Source: an uncultured Gemmatimonadaceae bacterium
GTDB taxonomy: Bacteria > Gemmatimonadota > Gemmatimonadetes > Gemmatimonadales > Gemmatimonadaceae
Reading direction: 5' to 3'
Assembly (NCBI GenBank): GCA_963740355.1
Contig: CAVUDW010000003.1
Location: 288,001-352,000 of the forward strand
Length of the DNA: 64,000 bases
A program made the translations under genes and the position numbers. Each line of letters starts with the position of its first letter. Positions within the stretch are counted from its first letter, which is position 1. A model generated the notes under the pieces. The model worked only from the letters and a program-made list of their open reading frames with translations, was not told the DNA's origin and searched no databases. Below are positions 59,659 to 64,000 of this stretch, piece after piece.

Positions 59659-60552
59659 CTACCGCCGCAGCCCTTCCTCGAACACCGCGCGGATGAAGCG
59701 CTCGTGCCCGCCCGGCCACTCCTTTTCGTACTCGGCGCTCAGTTTCATCGCCAGCACCTGCTCGATCGTCTTCTTCGCGCGGAGCTGCTGTTGCACGCGA
59801 CCGCGCACCGTGTAGATCGCGTCGCGCCAGGCCTTGAGGCGATTGCGATCGGTGACCTGACCGTGGCCGGGGACGATCTGCGTCTGCGCATTGGTCATTG
59901 CATAGACACGATCTGCCGCGGTGATGAAGCCGTCCACGACGCCACCGCTTGCACGATCGATGAACGGCAGGCCGGTGTTGTTGAACACGTCGCCCATGTG
60001 CACGACGTTGGCCTTCATGAAGAACACGACCGCATCGCCATCGGTGTGCGCCGGCAGCACGTGCACGACGGCGACGGAATCGCCGTTGAGGTGCAGCGTC
60101 ACCGCATCCGAGAACGTCACGACCGGCAGCGCCGCATGTGGTGAGGCGGGTGCGGTGGTGTTGGTGGCCGCAATGAAGCGTTCCACGGACATGCGCTTCC
60201 GCACGTTGTCATGCGCGACGATGACGGCACCGGCATTGCCGAAATTTTCATTGCCGCCGGTGTGGTCACCATGCCAATGGGTGTTGATGACGAACTTCAC
60301 CGGCTTGTCGGTGAGCGTCTTGATGGCCGCGACGATCTTCGGCGTCAGTGGCGCAAATTGATCGTCGATGATGAAGGTGCCATCGACACCTGTCGAGACG
60401 CCGATGTTGCCGCCAGCACCGAAGAGCACGTGCAGCCCGGGCGCGAGTTGCGCCGCGCGCACTTGCACCGTGTCGTAGTTGGTCTGCGCGGAGAGCGAGG
60501 TGGCGACGCCGAACAGCGCCAGTGCAGCGACGGGGCGGATGATGGAGCGCAT
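59659..60552 (-). CDS. Secreted MBL-fold metallo-hydrolase (cyclase-like)
   Basis: Signal peptide; GGNIG, NTHWHGDHTGGN, AHTDGD, HMGD, VPGHG. Confidence 0.9.
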   Translation of the reverse strand: MRSIIRPVAALALFGVATSLSAQTNYDTVQVRAAQLAPGLHVLFGAGGNIGVSTGVDGTFIIDDQFAPLTPKIVAAIKTLTDKPVKFVINTHWHGDHTGGNENFGNAGAVIVAHDNVRKRMSVERFIAATNTTAPASPHAALPVVTFSDAVTLHLNGDSVAVVHVLPAHTDGDAVVFFMKANVVHMGDVFNNTGLPFIDRASGGVVDGFITAADRVYAMTNAQTQIVPGHGQVTDRNRLKAWRDAIYTVRGRVQQQLRAKKTIEQVLAMKLSAEYEKEWPGGHERFIRAVFEEGLRR

Positions 60553-60661
60553 GGGCGGAACTCGAAGGAGAGGGAGACCCGGAGTTCGCCGGGATCGTGC
60601 AGGGAATCTCACCCTGGGGCGGCGAACCGACAGAGTGCAGCACACGGCAGGCGACGTCGCA

Positions 60662-63600
60662 CTAGTTCGGCGTGCGTGACAGCGACTTGAAGTACTCGTT
60701 CACCATCTCGCGATATTGAGCCGGCACCCCCTCGGATCCACCGAGCACCGGTCCGCCGGTTTCCGACGCGCCGATCGTTCGCCGCAGTGCGAATTCGAAC
60801 GCCTTGAGTGCGTCCACGACACCGGCGCGGAACTCCTTCATCGCCTGCTCGCTGCCCAGCACCTTCTCGCCATCGACTGCGCTGAGGCGTGCGATGGCTC
60901 GGTCCAGCTCGCGGGTGTCCACCCCCGTGCCGGCAACCGAACGACGCAGTTGTTGCGCGGCCTCACGCCGAGCGCGCAATTCGCGGGACAGTTGGCGCGC
61001 TTCCTCGACTGTGAACGACTCGCCAGCGCCAGCGCGCCCAGGACCACCCTGTCCGGCGCCGCCAGACTGCTGGCCGTCACGGTTTCCGCCGCTGCCACCC
61101 GTCGCGCCGGATTGACCCTGACCCTGACCTAGGCCCTGACCTTGGCCCTGACCCTGTCCTTGGCCTTGGCCCTGACCATTTGCGCGCTGACCCTGCCCCT
61201 GCCCTTGGGCCTGGCCCTGCTGCCCTTGGCCCGGTCGCCCGCTTTGTGACTCGCCCTGCCCTTGCCCCGTCTGGCCAGCGCGACCAGCGCCCACAGGCGC
61301 GCGCGACTGCCGCTCCTGCAGCCGATCGTCGAGTGAGCTGAGACCGCGCACGAGATCGCGCGCCTGCGCCAAGGCCCGCGACGACTTCTGCGCCGAATCA
61401 CGCCCCGCGAGTGCAGCGCCCGCGGCTCCCGCGACACGCTGCTCCAGACTGTCGAGATCCTGCTGGATCGAACGCTCGAGACTCTTCCCGTACGCCGCCG
61501 ATCCCCCGGAACGAAGTACATCGCGCGAGTATCGGATCTTGTCGCCGAGTCGTGATTCACGCACCGACGATGCGGCCTCCTGCGCCGCGCGGGCGGCGCG
61601 AGGATTCGTGCCGCGATTCTCGCGCGCCAGGCGATCGAGATCACTCGACAGCGCCTTCACCCGTTCCTCCATGCCGGCCTTTCGTTCGTCGAGTCGTCGC
61701 TGACGTTCCGCGCGATCGGCACCGGCGTTGCCGAGTTGCTCGACATCCCGCTGCACATCGCGCTGCTCTTCCGCGAGCGCACGCGCACGCGCGGTCGCAT
61801 CACTCAGGCCACTTCCGGCTGCCTGGTCGCGCGCAGACTCGAGCGCACGACGCGCCGATTCGAGGCGGTCCGACGCCGCCTGCGCCGCACCGGCGCCGCC
61901 GGACGCTGCCGAGCGACGCATGGATTCCGCCGCCTTCCGCATTTCCTGCGCAGTCGCTTCCATCTCGCGCGACTGCTGTTCGCGCGCCAGCCGCTCAAGT
62001 TGTCGCGCCGCCTGCTCCGTCTCTTCAGCGAGCTGACGCTGCGCTCCACCGCCGCCACCCGCCGAGGCACCGGATTGCTGCGCGCGCTGACGGGCCAGTT
62101 CCTGCTGCTGCCGCGCCGCCAGCTGCTTCAGCCGCTCGAGCGTTTCGTCAGTCTTTCGCGCACCGCTCTCCTCGCGACTCCGCTGCACCTGGTCATACTG
62201 GTTCCGCATCTTGTCGGTCTCGAGCTCCAGCAGATCCGCCAGATCGGAAGCACTGGCGGCGCCGCCGCCACCACCGCCGCCACCTTGCTGCTGCATGCTG
62301 ACCTGTACCTCGCGGAACGCCGCCTCCGCCTTTTCCAGCCACTGCAATGCGCGCTGCTCAGGCGCGAGCGCATCGGCGGTCTTGCCCTGCACCAGCAGTT
62401 CCTCGGCCGACTGCATTTCGGTCGCCGCCTTCGGCAGCACATCCGCGAGGATCCTGAAGCTGGTGTCCGCCGCCTGTGCCGCAGGGCGCGCCACACGCTT
62501 GAGCAAGGCGGTCAACTCCTCTCGCAACCGTCCCTGCGAAAGATGCAACGTGCTGATGTCGCCACGCAGCGTGGCCGCATTCGTTCGCGCACGGTCGCGC
62601 TCAGTCTTGAAGGTGCCAGCGACGATGTCGCGCTGTCGCTGGACGAGTGACCCCGGATTCATCTCCTGCGGTCCACCGCCCTCACCACCGCCACCTTGCT
62701 GGTTCTGCTTGTACTCGCGACTGAAGGGACGAATCGTGAGGAACTGGATGTCACTTGCACCCGGCTTTGGCCGGGGACGTTGATCGTTATCCAGAGCCCG
62801 AGCGTAGTAGCTGATCACATCGCCCTGCTTCAGCCCCATCTCCTCGAGGAAGAGTGTGTGCGACGCGATCACTTCACGCGGACGCACTCCACTGCCCTCG
62901 GCGAGCGTGATTGCCTTCTCGTCACCACCGTTGACGCGATAGACCAGCTCCAGCTTCCCGACGCCGTAGTCGTCCGTCGCCTCGGCCTCGATCATCACTT
63001 CGTCGACGTTGGTTGGCCGGAGATCGCGGCCCGGCTGCTTGATGCGCACTGATGGCGCGGCGTCATCCAGCGCGTCGACGGCATACTCGACCGAACCACG
63101 CACGACGGTACCATCGGTCGACGTCAGCTCGACGCGATAGAAGCCATCGCGACGAATCGTCACGCGGGCAGCGACCGTGGAGTCATCGAGGCGCTGGAGT
63201 GGAACCGTCGTTCCATCATCGAACACCAGTGTGCCCGATGCGACAGGCCGAGTCGCGTGCACGCGCAGCAATGCGGCCGTGCCACCGGGTGCCGCGATGT
63301 CGCCACCGTCCTCGGTGACGTCTGGTGGCATGTTCATGTATGACGGGTACCGCAGCTCGACACCGATGCGATCGACACCTGGCAGATCCTTCACTGTCAG
63401 GCGCCCGGTGATGGAGCGCACGCCGCCCGCTTCCGCGTAGTACTCGGCATCCTCGGCAACGTCGAGCAGTCGAACGACGAACGCGCCGCGCGCCGCACCG
63501 ATGCCCATCGGGATTCGCTCCCACTCTGCACTCGTGCCACGCCGCACCATCATGTCGACCGCCTCACTCTCGAACCCACCGAGTGCGGCGGAGAGCTGCA

Positions 63601-64000
63601 CATCACTGCCACGCGGGACGACCAGCGACTTTGGTTCGAGCGCAATCGAGTACACTGGCGATGCAGTGGCATCCTTCCACGGCGACAGCAGATGGCGCGC
63701 ACCGGTGCGCAGGAATGCCGGCCCGAACTGAAACGCGAGAGCGGCCAGCGCGACGGCTCCGAACGCAATCGACAACGCGCGAATCGTCGTCGGGCGCTCG
63801 AGCAGCGGGACGGTGGGCGAACTGCCGAGGCGACGGGTGGCATCGGCCACGAGTCCGCGCTCGAGCATCACCGAATGACCAGTCTCCGCGTGCGGCCGCA
63901 ACGTGACGGCGGAGTGCACCGCGCCACCCAGTTGCGGCACACGTTCCTCGAGATAGAGCGCAAGGCGATCATCGGGCAGGCGGCGCATCAACGGCCAGGC
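60662..64000 (-). CDS. DUF4175-family membrane-anchored coiled-coil protein (5' end outside window)
   Basis: TM segment, Ig-like region, D.APSV.I..PGRD, DDYGV, Gln/Gly-rich coiled coils, C-terminal VPAQYREMVNEYFKSLS. Confidence 0.8.
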   Translation of the reverse strand, partial: AWPLMRRLPDDRLALYLEERVPQLGGAVHSAVTLRPHAETGHSVMLERGLVADATRRLGSSPTVPLLERPTTIRALSIAFGAVALAALAFQFGPAFLRTGARHLLSPWKDATASPVYSIALEPKSLVVPRGSDVQLSAALGGFESEAVDMMVRRGTSAEWERIPMGIGAARGAFVVRLLDVAEDAEYYAEAGGVRSITGRLTVKDLPGVDRIGVELRYPSYMNMPPDVTEDGGDIAAPGGTAALLRVHATRPVASGTLVFDDGTTVPLQRLDDSTVAARVTIRRDGFYRVELTSTDGTVVRGSVEYAVDALDDAAPSVRIKQPGRDLRPTNVDEVMIEAEATDDYGVGKLELVYRVNGGDEKAITLAEGSGVRPREVIASHTLFLEEMGLKQGDVISYYARALDNDQRPRPKPGASDIQFLTIRPFSREYKQNQQGGGGEGGGPQEMNPGSLVQRQRDIVAGTFKTERDRARTNAATLRGDISTLHLSQGRLREELTALLKRVARPAAQAADTSFRILADVLPKAATEMQSAEELLVQGKTADALAPEQRALQWLEKAEAAFREVQVSMQQQGGGGGGGGAASASDLADLLELETDKMRNQYDQVQRSREESGARKTDETLERLKQLAARQQQELARQRAQQSGASAGGGGGAQRQLAEETEQAARQLERLAREQQSREMEATAQEMRKAAESMRRSAASGGAGAAQAASDRLESARRALESARDQAAGSGLSDATARARALAEEQRDVQRDVEQLGNAGADRAERQRRLDERKAGMEERVKALSSDLDRLARENRGTNPRAARAAQEAASSVRESRLGDKIRYSRDVLRSGGSAAYGKSLERSIQQDLDSLEQRVAGAAGAALAGRDSAQKSSRALAQARDLVRGLSSLDDRLQERQSRAPVGAGRAGQTGQGQGESQSGRPGQGQQGQAQGQGQGQRANGQGQGQGQGQGQGQGLGQGQGQSGATGGSGGNRDGQQSGGAGQGGPGRAGAGESFTVEEARQLSRELRARREAAQQLRRSVAGTGVDTRELDRAIARLSAVDGEKVLGSEQAMKEFRAGVVDALKAFEFALRRTIGASETGGPVLGGSEGVPAQYREMVNEYFKSLSRTPN
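61112..61177 (-). repeat. 6-bp tandem repeat encoding (GQ)n
   Basis: Units accctg/gccctg/gccttg, encoding GQGQGQGQGQGQGQGLGQGQGQ. Confidence 0.8.

Noticed and set aside
1..64000. tRNA, rRNA, integrase, transposase or prophage genes
   Set aside because: No cloverleaf/T-loop context, rRNA signature or recombinase/phage motifs found by eye; a tRNAscan/Infernal run would be definitive.

Overview
GC-rich (~65%) bacterial chromosomal window. The gene content (TonB-like proteins, BlaI/M56, GMC/gluconate-DH pair, DUF4175, PQQ enzymes) suggests Gemmatimonadota, which is an inference. It holds about 42 genes. Signalling: RsbQ-like hydrolase plus hybrid kinase, ppc, CheB/CheR fusion plus PAS kinase. 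Envelope and regulation: a His/Cys-rich leader ORF in front of a TonB-dependent receptor, an ECF sigma/anti-sigma pair divergent from a large Ig/PPC/zinc-metalloprotease lipoprotein, and a BlaI-M56-beta-barrel operon. Other content: two ABC components interleaved with two paralogous unknown genes, an ACP-FkbH-acyltransferase cassette followed by a GH44 lipoprotein, several catabolic enzymes, class II uvrA, an HNH gene, a VapBC module and a truncated DUF4175 gene. I found no rRNA, tRNA, CRISPR array, integrase or transposase. Three genes carry four single-base frameshifts, possibly sequencing errors. Best leads: (1) a DUF2946/CruR-like putative metal-sensing arrest leader with a non-canonical LPYANGPP end; (2) the gap-free paralogous pair of unknown 221/222-aa proteins; (3) the BlaI/M56-coupled barrel with a C-terminal LTxxQ domain; (4) a secreted Ig-repeat protein with a 2-helix/coiled-coil tail; (5) the PKS-free FkbH cassette. 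Family names come from motif recognition, not database searches.
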